DNA of 63,630 nt, filler included, from Octopus bimaculoides (taxonomy: Eukaryota): assembly GCF_001194135.2 (NCBI RefSeq). It is 6 parts of 6 records of this genome, joined end to end, with 100 filler letters (N's around TTAATTAATTAA, not from the genome) between each part and the next. Parts side by side here need not be neighbours in the genome. Positions count along the whole stretch, not along the records: positions 1 to 12,742 come from NC_068983.1; positions 12,843 to 34,466 come from NC_068984.1; 4 more parts are not named here. One strand, given 5' to 3'. Below the pieces are notes generated by a model that was not told the DNA's origin, did not search any database, and saw only the letters and a program-made list of their open reading frames with translations. Positions 11,110 through 22,645 of the stretch are shown piece by piece. Position 1 is the first letter of the stretch. Each line of letters opens with the position of its first letter. A program made the position numbers and the translations under genes.

Positions 11110-11285
11110 ATATATATGGGAGAATTTACGAAAAAAACAACAACAGACGAGGACAGGTGGTGTAAACAACAAAAGGATGTATTAGTTTAACGCTCGGGAA
11201 TAGAGAAAGTCTTTAACGTTTCGAGCTACGCTCTTCAACAGAAAGAAATAAGGAGAAAAACAAGGAGAAAAAAAATTTAAATGTC
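11110..11285 (-). mobile_element. Hammerhead-bearing short repeat family E (Penelope-like terminus, inferred)
   Basis: Closely similar to 49900-50070 and, reversed, to 46692-46805. Confidence 0.75.
11210..11246 (-). ncRNA. Minimal type I hammerhead variant (37 nt)
   Basis: UCUUU-CUGUUGA-A-GAG/CGUAG/CUC-GAA-ACGU-U^AAAGA: 5-bp stem I, palindromic ACGU stem III, GUU site. Confidence 0.65.
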
Positions 11286-12664
11286 GTGGTCAGCGATCTA
11301 TCATGGCGACTGCCGGACAGAAAGTTCACACAGGAGAGTTAAGAAAAAGTGGAAATAACAAAAGAGGAAAGAAGGAGAAAGAAAAAGGGGATATATATAT
11401 ACACAAGTATGTCATATTTTCCATTTGTTGTATTCTTTNNNNNNNNNNNNNNNNNNNNNNNNNNNNNNNNNNNNNNNNNNNNNNNNNNNNNNNNNNNNNN
11501 NNNNNNNNNNNNNNNNNNNNNNNNNNNNNNNNNNNNNNNNNNNNNNNNNNNNNNNNNNNNNNNNNNNNNNNNNNNNNNNNNNNNNNNNNNNNNNNNNNNN
11601 NNNNNNNNNNNNNNNNNNNNNNNNNNNNNNNNNNNNNNNNNNNNNNNNNNNNNNNNNNNNNNNNNNNNNNNNNNNNNNNNNNNNNNNNNNNNNNNNNNNN
11701 NNNNNNNNNNNNNNNNNNNNNNNNNNNNNNNNNNNNNNNNNNNNNNNNNNNNNNNNNNNNNNNNNNNNNNNNNNNNNNNNNNNNNNNNNNNNNNNNNNNN
11801 NNNNNNNNNNNNNNNNNNNNNNNNNNNNNNNNNNNNNNNNNNNNNNNNNNNNNNNNNNNNNNNNNNNNNNNNNNNNNNNNNNNNNNNNNNNNNNNNNNNN
11901 NNNNNNNNNNNNNNNNNNNNNNNNNNNNNNNNNNNNNNNNNNNNNNNNNNNNNNNNNNNNNNNNNNNNNNNNNNNNNNNNNNNNNNNNNNNNNNNNNNNN
12001 NNNNNNNNNNNNNNNNNNNNNNNNNNNNNNNNNNNNNNNNNNNNNNNNNNNNNNNNNNNNNNNNNNNNNNNNNNNNNNNNNNNNNNNNNNNNNNNNNNNN
12101 NNNNNNNNNNNNNNNNNNNNNNNNNNNNNNNNNNNNNNNTAGATAGATAGATAGATAGATAGATAGATTGACATTTACATATAAATAAAGCAGAATAGAC
12201 AAAGATATTATTGATAGATAAGAAATAAAGGCAACTATCAACAATTTGAGAATTTCAGCGTGAATGAAAGCAAATTGTAAAAGAGGTAAATGAGAAATTC
12301 TGACTGCGAAATATAAATAATACGGTTAATGGAGCGACCAATGAAACAAGAATCCGAACAACCTATTCGCACTAACACATGACTGAAGGCAACATTATAG
12401 AATACATGCAATGGTGCCAAGAAACGAACCATGAGTTGATATCGCTCCACCAGTTCCAGATATTCGTTTGTCGTTTCCAATATGAGCGGCTCTCGTAATG
12501 ACGGTCAATAAATTTCAGTGTCTGTCTCTGAATAAAATTGTTTTATTTTCCTGCCAACTGATCTAATATTTGCATGGAGAACTGTGTGTAAATCTGTAAG
12601 TCGGCCAACAGCTACACGGGGGAATGCGGATATCACCCAGGTACTTAATTCAGATAAGCTTGTA

Positions 12665-12742
<78 letters not shown>

Positions 12743-12786
12743 NNNNNNNNNNNNNNNNNNNNNNNNNNNNNNNNNNNNNNNNNNNN

Positions 12787-12798
12787 TTAATTAATTAA
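12787..12798. other. Artificial scaffold linker TTAATTAATTAA
   Basis: Flanked by 44 N on each side (100 bp total); stop codons in all six frames. Confidence 0.95.
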
Positions 12799-12964
12799 NN
12801 NNNNNNNNNNNNNNNNNNNNNNNNNNNNNNNNNNNNNNNNNNATGAGTGTTTTTGTTTCACTTTTGACACGTAATACTTAAATAGTGGAGGAGATATTAT
12901 GTTGCCGTGTGCTCGAACTCTGCAAGAAGTTAATAATTTTTTTGACTAAAACACAACTGGAACC

Positions 12965-13056
12965 CTAAGTAAGGCATGTGTAAAATTTGAATGAAATTGG
13001 TTGCGTAGTTCTCGAGTTTTAGGGAGACAAACAGACAGACAGACACACACACACAT

Positions 13057-13090
<34 letters not shown>
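12965..13090 (+). mobile_element. Helitron-derived (HINE/DINE-like) element end
   Basis: AAATTTGAATGAAATTGGTTGCGTAGTTCTCGAGTTTTAGGGAGACAAACAGACAGAC followed by a microsatellite; the class is a recalled resemblance. Confidence 0.45.
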
Positions 13091-13093
<3 letters not shown>

Positions 13094-13094
<1 letters not shown>

Positions 13095-13330
13095 GCGTGA
13101 GGACGCATACTTGGTGGTTAGGGTGCTGCACTTGCGAGATCGTGGTTTCAATTCCTAGAGCAGGTGATGCGTTGTATTCTAGGGCAAAACACTTCTGACA
13201 TATGGTACTCCGTGCACCTTTTCAGGCAATGTCGATTTGCTGGAGGGAGTGAGATAACGTACATCATATACATTTCATCAATCTAAACAAATCATTTGTG
13301 CAGGTTGTTCGGTAAATGCTGAATATTCAT
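13094..13330 (+). mobile_element. Degenerate tRNA-derived SINE (family D-like)
   Basis: TGGTGGTTAGGGTG...GGTTTCAATTCC A/B boxes, then TTCTAGGGCAAAACACTT core-like motif. Confidence 0.6.
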
Positions 13331-13379
13331 ATGTTGTTTTGGACGGGAGAGTCCATCGTACATGGCGTATTCAAGAGGT

Positions 13380-13960
13380 AGGAACGTTCTCATAGCTTTC
13401 ACAAGTCCTCCAAAATTGCTGAGATTGATAAAGTTTATATTGAACTCACTCAAGTAAGCCGATGTTTGCAAGAAAAACGCTATGGGATGAGAATTTCAGA
13501 AGGCTGATGAGATGAAGAAAGATGAGCTGACTTGGGTGTAGGTGATATGAAACCAGTTCGCCATCTAGTTACAATAGAATAGACAGAATGAGGATTTGTG
13601 CCTAAATACGAAAGGTTGCACCTTACTGAGAGAGTAGTTGCCAATCATTTGAATGATCTTTGGATTCGGTCTCGGTTGTGTAACATTTGAGCAGGACTAC
13701 TGTATTTTCTGGCCTTGAAGAGAAAAGGTTGTCTTTGGAGAGCATTTTGAGGGTTACCAGAAAAAATCTTAGAATTAGTGAGACCTAACATTTGTTTTAG
13801 TTGCGTGTTGTTCCTACTAGAGAGGTTAATGTACAAGGTTATTTCCTTGATAGGAGTAGTGATTGGACCTTTCCACTGTTGAGAGAGACAAGATTATCAT
13901 CTCCTTATTGGAGAATGTTGTATGTCATAAATCGTAATAAACTTCTGGTCTACAATACTC
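13380..13960 (-). mobile_element. Highly decayed LINE (CR1-like) 3' fragment
   Basis: Weak resemblance in minus-strand composition and partial translation; many stops. Confidence 0.3.
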
Positions 13961-14094
13961 AACACAATAAAATACTAAATGCTTAATACATTTCATATTT
14001 TTTACTATCTAATTAGTTCATAAAAAATGCAAGATTACGTTTGTGTGGAGGTCGATTGGATATCTATTAATTCAATGACCACGTGTCGGAACCA

Positions 14095-14352
14095 TATACC
14101 GTTGCTATTATGTTAAACTGTCGTATGTCTAAATTTGGCCAAATGCATTTTTTTCAATATTTATCTTTGCTAACAATAGCTGGTTCTTTCGGTCAAACTA
14201 TCGTATCCTCAGCTGCTTCAGATGCCAAGATATCAAAAATTGTCAAAGTGTAGTACAACGGTTTTGCTATGGAATGGTGAAACTATTTTATCGTTTTCTG
14301 AAAAAAACCAACATTTTGGACTTAGTACAATTTTGCATAAGAGCAGCGATAT
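14095..14352. mobile_element. MITE, ~255 bp (same family as 57671-57920, opposite orientation)
   Basis: TIRs ATATACCGTTGCTATTATG / CATAAGAGCAGCGATAT; the interior aligns by eye to the reverse complement of 57671-57920. Confidence 0.8.
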
Positions 14353-14620
14353 GAATAGTTTTTTTTTTTTGTTAGACGATAGCACAAAATATATGAATGA
14401 ATTACTTAATTGCAGTTAAACGATGTTTAATATAAATTGGGAAACCATTAAGAATTTAAAATAATATGACAGTTTTTTTATTTGATATTTCCCAGAAGCC
14501 AAATTATCTTACGTATGGCCATAAAATAATTTTTGTAATTACTATTTAAAACCTTTGAATTCACTTCAAACCAGAAAGTATGTATTTTTCCGGATTAATG
14601 TTTAAGAAAGAATAAGATCT

Positions 14621-14815
14621 CCCGTAAATACCGGCATATAAGATGCGCTTTTTTAAATTCTTAAATGTAATAAAAAATTGCCATGCGTCTAATACGATCG
14701 TATTTTTGATGGAATACTAAGTGTATGATAAAACATTAATTTTTTTTTTTTTTCCACAAAAACGCAAGGGTTTATCTAATGCGAGAGAGCATCTTATGCA
14801 CCGGCAAATACGGTA
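14621..14815. mobile_element. pogo/Tigger-like MITE
   Basis: ~25-bp imperfect TIRs CCGTAAATACCGGCATATAAGATGC / GCATCTTATGCACCGGCAAATACGG. Confidence 0.75.
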
Positions 14816-15219
14816 ATAACATTGTAAAATTGTCCAAAGCAGACAAAAAGATCAATGTTTCAATTCACCATTTTGACTCGTACCAAATGTACAGATTGAA
14901 AATTAAACCATAGATTTACAATTTTTCCATTTGTTTCGTAAATATCATGTGACTCTGAGTCAAGGCAACAAATCGGAAACATTGAACTTTGAACAGTTGT
15001 CCAAATAAATCAAGAACCTTGATCTTTGATTACATGTATTGTAATGCAGAATCAGTAACTATCCAGTTAGATTCTTAGGTTGTACAACATAGTAAAGTTC
15101 TATTTAGAATTAAATAAAACCTAGCTTTGTTTCTCTTTAGAGATATAGTGATTTGGGTAACTGGCTAACTGAGGTGACCTTTACATTTGACTCGCGATAT
15201 TTTCAAACGTTATGGCATC

Positions 15220-15382
15220 GGAGCCGGACAAATTTCCTGGAGGCGTTTCTTCCTGCTCTTTACATTCTGAGCTCAAATCTTGCCGTGATCGACTTAGCTT
15301 TTCAAATCATTTTAGGATCGATAAAATAAAGTGCCAGCCAAGTCTTGGTGTCAATGTAATCGACTTACTCTCTCCCTAAAAT
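15220..15382 (+). mobile_element. Degenerate SINE family A
   Basis: TTTACATTCTGAGCTCAAATCTTGCC...GATCGATAAAATAAAGTGCCAG. Confidence 0.6.
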
Positions 15383-15397
15383 GGTTATTATTAAATG

Positions 15398-15650
15398 AAG
15401 GTGCGTGGCTTAGTGGTTAGAGTGTTGGATTCATGATAGTAAGATTGTGGTTTCGATTCCTGGACCGAGCGACGCGTTTATATTCTTAAGTAAAACACTC
15501 CATTTCACGTTGCTTCAGTCCACTCAGCTAGTGAAAATGGGTAATTCTGCGACGGACCGGTGCCCCGTCCAGGTGGGAAATATATACGCTATGGAAACCG
15601 GGAAACGGTCCCTATGAGTATATATGATTCGGGAAGGAACTTTAATTTTT
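15398..15650 (+). mobile_element. SINE family D (tRNA head plus CORE-like region)
   Basis: A box TGGCTTAGTGG, B box GGTTTCGATTCC, CAGTCCACTCAGCT...AAAATGGGTA core-like segment. Confidence 0.75.
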
Positions 15651-16490
15651 TAAGACTATTATTAATGCGATGAAAGGCAATATTATTATTGCTAGGAATG
15701 CAGCACAGACAACAGATTTGATGAGCAAGTCTTCGTCGCGATGTCGATGCTGAACAAAAGCAACTTAAAAAAGTAGCTTAGTAAACGGTTCTGATATTTT
15801 AAGCGAGATGAGATGAAATATTTGCAACATTTATGCTCTGTCTAAAATTGAACTTTCATGAGGTAAAATAGATTCAACCGAAGACTGAAACCGTTTCGTT
15901 GTCCCAGCTTTGTCTAAAATCTATTCTTCCACTCTCATCAGTTTTCTTTAGATTACATTGTTAGAATAACTTAGCCACTTGATGTCAACTGAACTAATAT
16001 AGTACACGATCGTTTAAAAATCATACTTTGGTGTTATTTATTGAAAGTAAATAAACGTTTGTGCCGCACCTGCGACGGTACATTCTTATGAAACACTAAC
16101 CACATGAGAAATAGATCACTGTCATTGTATACCACTTACAAGGCCACTAGTGTTTTAGAGTAGGTAAATTTAATCACGAAGTTATTTTAAAATATACAAT
16201 GTGATGTTTATAAAGGCGAAATGAGTAGGTTGTCGGACTAGGAATAGAACTATTTCATAACCTTTTGGATCGTATGGCGCAAGTGAAACGTTATTTTCGT
16301 GAGTATGTAGAGAGCAAGTCGACCCAACGGAGCCCGAGCCTCTCTGTGGTATGTATTAAATTTGGTAAGTTTAGATACTTACGAAAGAATTATCTCACTT
16401 CGCAGTGCGTCCGCTGTGTACTCTCCTATAACACTGATTTCCTAACATAAAATAGATTAGGCTGGTGAGGTAAGTGTGTTGACCACCGAT

Positions 16491-16554
16491 TAACGTACTG
16501 GCAGAGACTAACGTACTGAGAGAGACTAACGTACTGGCAGAGACTAACGTACTG
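16491..16554. repeat. 18-bp tandem repeat TAACGTACTGGCAGAGAC x3.5
   Basis: Units start at 16491, 16509, 16527 and 16545. Confidence 0.9.
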
Positions 16555-16597
16555 ACAGTTCTGTCGGTATATTCGGAACTCGGAGAGCTAAGCAGGG

Positions 16598-16775
16598 GAA
16601 TTCAGGTAAAAAAAGTCACAGGAGTTTTGTCCGGGGGTGGGGTGAGGGTTGTCCGGATCCCATAAATTGTGACTTTTTTCCCAGTGACTTTATTACCGGC
16701 CACCATAAATTAATTGTGACTTTTTTTCATAGCCAAAATTGTGCCTTTATTACTGTGACTTTATTACCTGTCACC
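16598..16775. mobile_element. MITE-like element with repeated GTGACTTT motifs
   Basis: Left CAGGTAAAAAAAGTCACAG versus right CTGTGACTTTATTACCTG; internal copies of the GTGACTTT motif. Confidence 0.6.
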
Positions 16776-17033
16776 AAGCAAAAGCAAGGGACCCATGAAT
16801 ATCTGATGGGCCGCTGCCTAAAAAAAAAAGAAAAAAGCAGAAAAAAAACACTTTATAACGCCTTTTGAATTTTTTTTCTTCTTGGTGTAGATGGGAGAAG
16901 CAATCTTGTTTCATCTTGTAAAAGTTTCCTTCGGCAGCCCAGCATCTAGGTCAAAGCACCGTATTTTTATTAAAAACAAAAAAAATTCTTTTAAGAAACT
17001 TTCAGAGTAAATTGAAACAACGTCTCTTTACAG

Positions 17034-17203
17034 ATATCAACCTTCGAAGAAAACAAAACTTTCGAAAAGTCCAGATAAAGAAGGCTTTGCAGATAAGGAG
17101 GAACAAGGCGCTGCATCTGACAACACGGATACAGGTTCAGACACAAACAGCATTGAAGATGTTTCACTACAGAAAGGATTTCGATTTCATTTAAAGAAGC
17201 ATG
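17034..17203 (+). CDS. Candidate exon, product unknown (YQPSKKTKLSKSPDKEGFADKEEQGAASDNTDTGSDTNSIEDVSLQKGFRFHLKKH); alternatively a 5' UTR exon ending in ATG
   Basis: Acceptor CTCTTTACAG| at 17033, donor ATG|GTAAGA at 17204, open protein-like frame, long pyrimidine-rich intron-like sequence downstream. Confidence 0.45.
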
Positions 17204-20193
17204 GTAAGAAATGCTCAACTTTTGGTTTGTCTTTCCTATCTTTTCCTTTTGTTGTTTCTCTCTTTTCCGCTTCCTTTTCCTTTCTTTCTTTCTTTCGTTC
17301 CTCTGCTTTCCTTTCTTTCGGATATGTACTTGGTATATGACTTTTTTAGTTTCTGTTCCCCCATCATTTCCTATTTCTAATCCTTCCTAATTATATTTCA
17401 ATTTCTCCTCTTGTTTTTCTTCTTTTTACTTTTATTATTAGTAAATTTTATTACTAGTTAATTTTTTTTCTCTTCTATTTCCGCCTTTGTTATTTTGATT
17501 TCACAGAGTTTCTGTTGTGATCTGTACAGATAGGGGTACCATTCCATAATTTGGCAAAGTTTAGCGGAAGGGCGGCGTTTTTTTTTTTGTTATTATTATC
17601 CAAACCAGCTGTATTTCATTCTGGTTCCCTGTCGGATAGAAAAAGTTTGTGTGTGTTCGGGTGGTTAACTGAGAGAGAGAGAAAATTACAGTCGATCTGA
17701 GATTAGAGTAGGAAGAGATCAAACAAGACTGACATGAACAATGAAATGGGAACAGTTGTTATACGTTATTTTGCGAGGATTTTTAGTACATGTTAGTTTT
17801 CCTTTTTAGAATTAAAAGTGATGAGCGGATGGTAGGGGAAATGGGCGATGGCCTATCTGAATGTGGTAGGGTGGGGTGCAAAGGGCATTCGAAAAGCCAA
17901 ATTTTCAGTATAAACGAAATCGACGGGGGTCTACATTTAAGATGAAGATCGCTGGCATGTGTTTTGAAGTCGAATAATAACAATAGTATAAAGAGGCCTT
18001 TGTGTCCTAATTTTTAGTTATTATTTGTAGTTAAGGAAGTATTTATTTTTTTTTTTTCTGGTGTGTGTTTGGACGGCAGTTGCTGATAAATGTTATGGTT
18101 TTGTTTTCGTAAAATACGTTTTGAACAGTTTAGTAATCATTCGCTATTAGGTGCTAAATATATGTATATATGCTCAAGTAGTTTGTGATATAGTGGTTAA
18201 GAATGTTAAGAGCATGTGTGAAATAAAGTTCCTTGGTTTCAACCGTTCGTATGTTTAACACCTGATGGTGAATAGATAAACATTAAGCTTTTGCAATATT
18301 AAGAAGAAAACAACTTTTTAAGTCATTCAAAGTAGAATGAGCAGTGACCACAACCTTTGTATGTTTTTACTAAACTGGTCTGGATGATATCCAGTTGTGC
18401 AGAAATACAGGCAGCTGTCTTCAGATACAAAACAAAAAAAATATCTAGAGACTAAATTTCAAAGAGTTGTTGGTTCAAAGAAAAAATTGAGCTCAGTATT
18501 TAAGATATCTGTGTGATGAGACACAGTATAGTGATGTGATAGGAAGAAAAGACACAGATCTATCATGTGAACTTGTCTCTCTAATTCAGAGGAGCAGAGG
18601 CTTTTGTTTGAAGGGTAGGGAGAGAATGTGCTTGCGATCTATTCTTCGTAATCTTTAGTAAGCATTTGTCAATCAGTCTTTGACTGTTTCTTAAAAGCGT
18701 TCCCTGATGTTCATGCGTGTAACAGGAACACGCACAGTTACAGATATGTGAGCATATTCAAACACAGTTCTTACTTGATCTTCGTTGAGGATTAGCAGCT
18801 GATCAAAACTGATTGGTGTTTGAGATAGTGCTGGGAATGTTATAAATTCGATGTCTTCAAGCAGCGCCGACTTTAGTTGGTATCGTGAAATAACTCCGAA
18901 TTACAGAAAACATCAAATCTATATTATAAACGGTAGTGATTGTTGTATTGTGTGTGTTACAGTGAGTTGTCTAATACACGTATCAATGAAAACAGCCTTC
19001 TGAATTCATTGAACTTTGTAAAATTTGAGAGACACTGTAATATTTCTATACATATTAACAGTGATCCTGACTTAGCTGTCCACCTTAACCCATTACCTCC
19101 CATAATTTTATTAACTGGAATTTTTTTAATGAAACTTTGATTTCTAGCATAAAACAACCTTAGAAACACGCTGGAATGATCAAAATAACATTTTAAATAG
19201 AAATAAGCGAGATATTGAGTAAAAAATTAGCAAACCTCATTTGAATATCAGAGAAATATACCTAGTAGATATAGCAAAAAGGTTAGATATGTGTAATTAT
19301 TGACAGATAATTACGAAATCTGTAATTTTTAAGTGATCTCATATGAGATTACTGGTAGGTAATGGGTTAATGCGTTTCTAATATTTTTGACGGCATATAC
19401 GCTATGTGCAGAGTGTCTTGTAGCACAAGACTGTTTCTTAGGGCGTTTTCGAAGCCTCTGCTCATGGTCTGTGTTTAAGGAGACAAAAGTGTTTTGGTTG
19501 CGTATAACGTTTGTATGTGAAAGGTTATAGAGGTATATTGTGTATAGATACATGTGTTGTAAAAAGTGAGAGCAAGGTGTTAATATGCAGAATCAAGATG
19601 AGATAATGGAAACTTGGTGCGCCAAAGTTGTCTGCAAAGTCGGAAAGTTTCCCATTCAGTAGACAGTGATGGAAGAGTCTAATAGAAAATTCATTTCTGA
19701 GACAAGAGATAGAATATAACCAAACCGAGCAGCATGGCTTCGAGGTTTTACATGCCAGACACGATATAAGGTTTTGCCGATGACAAATCAACAACATCGC
19801 TTTTCCTGAAATAGACAATACTGTAAGACAACTGGTGAATAAGGTAAAGAAAAGTCTTCGAGAGTTCAAGCTCAGCGGAAACCCCGGTGATCACCGAGGG
19901 AGCAGAGATTTAAGGTAGTGATGGAAATGGTTGTTTACAGCAGTTACTATCACTTTTGCGGGGCTGAATGTGCAGGCAATCACCGGTAATTGGTTATGTG
20001 CGAAGATTTGCTTTATGTTGGGAATGGACATATTAGTATGTTTAGATAAAGTTAATAGCTTTAAACTATTTCTGTAAGTTCTACAGTAGAAAAATCTTCA
20101 ACTTTTTCAGACGCAGAATCGTCAGAATACCGTGCAAAATGTCCTACACTGTTGAGTGTTAGTGTTTGGTTTAAAGCCGTATAAAGATATTTA

Positions 20194-20567
20194 GTGGAGG
20201 CGCAATGGCCCACTGGTTAGGGCAGCGGACTCGCGGTTTCGATTCCCAGACCGGGCGTTGTGAGTGTTATTGAGCGAAAACACCTAAAGCTCCACGAGAC
20301 TCCGGCAGGGGATGTTGGCGAACCCTGCTGTACTCTTTCACCACAACTTTCTCTCACTCTTACTTCCTGTTTCTGTTGTGCCTGTAATTCAAAGGGTCAG
20401 CCCTGTCACACTCTGTGTCACGCTGATTATCCCCGAGAACTACGTTACGGGTACACGTGTCTGTGGAGTGCTCAGTCACTTGCATGTTAATTTCACGAGC
20501 AGGCTGTTCCGTTGATCGGATCAAATGGAACCCTTGACGTCGTAAGCGACGGAGTGCCAACAACAAC
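20194..20567 (+). mobile_element. SINE family C, full length, with 11-bp TSD
   Basis: A box TGGCCCACTGG, B box GGTTTCGATTCC, (CAA)n tail; AAAGATATTTA at 20183-20193 and 20568-20578. Confidence 0.92.
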
Positions 20568-21012
20568 AAAGATATTTAATAGTGGTTATTTGACAAGCGT
20601 TAATGAAACTAAATACACTTCTCACCACATATCATATGGTGTAGTATATTAACATATATTAATTATGTCAGTGCTAATATATTTAATGCAATGAACGAAG
20701 AAATGTTAATTAAATTTACACCCATAGTCGAGTTGGAAATAAGAAAAAAAAAATTCATTACTTTATTAATTTTGTTAATAGAAGACAGGGGGAGACAAAT
20801 CAGAAACAAAATTAAAAATAGAACGCAGTTGATGAGTGAATCTGATCTTTGGCAGAACAATGACAACTTATTAACCTTTCTGTCAAGATTATTTATAGTG
20901 ATTATATATATATTTAATTAATTAATTGCAACTTACACCACGTGGCGAAAAGTGCAATTAATAACAATAATCGCCGTAGGGACCGGCGATAGGCATAGTT
21001 ATATATGTTTTA

Positions 21013-21204
21013 TCTTTTACTTGTTTCAGTCATTAAATTGTGATCAAGCTGGAGCACCATCTTGATAAGTTTTTAGTCGAACAAATTGACTCATCTGCTT
21101 ATTTTTTTAAAGCCAGGTACTTATTCTGTCGGTTCTTCTACCGAACCGCTAAGTTACGGGAACGCAAACACACCAACACCATTTGTCAAGCGGTGGTGAA
21201 AAAG

Positions 21205-21261
<57 letters not shown>

Positions 21262-21297
21262 AGGATTCTGTCTGTTTACCAATTCCACTCACAAGCC
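21013..21297 (-). mobile_element. SINE family B, 5'-truncated, with internal (CA)n
   Basis: Colinear with 10241-10520. Confidence 0.8.
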
Positions 21298-22448
21298 ACA
21301 CTTGCGCCTATGTATATATATATGTATATATATGTATATAATATATTTATATATCTTATTCGTTTATTTATCTCTTCATTCACTGATCCATTCTTTCTGT
21401 TTCTTTCCACCACATTTATACAGGCCGTAAAAGTATGCGAATCATTCTACAGCAAATGTTTGAAGAAGAGATTAATGAATCAACCGGCAGAAAATTGACT
21501 CTGGATTCCGTAATGTGACATCAGTCTTCCGTAGCCAACTAATCAGCTAACGCCAAAAATTACGTCCTCTGCCAACATGATCTAGAAACCATAATCAGAA
21601 TTTCACTTTTTTTGTTATTGTTTTCCTTTCTTGGATAATTCACCAAAATCGCTTACTATCCAAATGTTCGACCACATTGAACTATTCAAACGTTCGCTTG
21701 TTCGTTGGTTAATTATATACCAGATGACGAGTCTCTCTAGGCTTGTCCTCTCAACTATGAGACTGGTTTAAAAGTGGCCGCTACGGGCACCAGAAGTTAT
21801 TGACGAATGTTGTTAATGTTTTAGGGGGTTGTGTGTTCGTATCTTCCCTTTGTTTAGAATTATTTAAATTGTGAGAGACCACATAGCTTTAGTTCTCTTA
21901 AGGAGTGAATCATGCTTGGGTGTTTGATAGCTAACCACAAGGGTCGTTTACCCGGTAAATATAACAGCAGTCTCTCCTTGAAATCACAGTAATCGTTTTG
22001 GAAAAAAAAAAAAGATACATTAGTTAATGTAGTCTTAGATATACCAACAAAAATAAATGGAATGCTCATGGCTCGAACGTCTTTGATAATAGACCTGGTT
22101 GATCGGAACTGACCTATAATTAAACAATAACAACGTCGTTTATCACTGGTCACCTCGATCTGAACCGATCAACCTGGGGCTAAAAAGCGTCAATTAATTG
22201 ATTAAACATGACACATTAGGAAAGAAAAACTAAATATTTTATTTATTTCAAACAAAGACAAAATAAGCATTCAAGGCTGGACATTTCATAAATGTATTTG
22301 TTGACAGGAACAGTATTGCTTCAGACATTATGTTAAACAATATGGTGTCATTTTTTTCACATTCCAAGTTCTTAACGACAGGATAAATTGATATTCAGTA
22401 ACATATTAGATATGGTATTTATAATTCTATATATATACATACATTACA

Positions 22449-22645
22449 TACGAGGTGGGGTGCTGAAAAATTCCTGGCTTTGGGTAAAACAAAATACAAG
22501 AGGATCAGTTAATTGTAATTTTATTCAACATATTTCCCTCTCAGATTCACACACTTATTGCAGCGTACCTTCAGTTTTCCTAAGCTCTGTAAAAGAACTA
22601 GGAATGTCGGGCCTCCAACGCGGCATTTCGCGATACCGTTCACTG
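22449..22645 (+). mobile_element. Mariner-type MITE lacking its right TIR
   Basis: TACGAGGTGGGGTGCTGAAAAATTCCTGGCTTT TIR; interior similar to 53229-53439. Confidence 0.7.

Noticed and set aside
20194-20270. tRNA-like heads of SINE families A-D as tRNA genes
   Set aside because: A/B boxes are present but there is no closed acceptor stem, and each continues into a shared SINE body.
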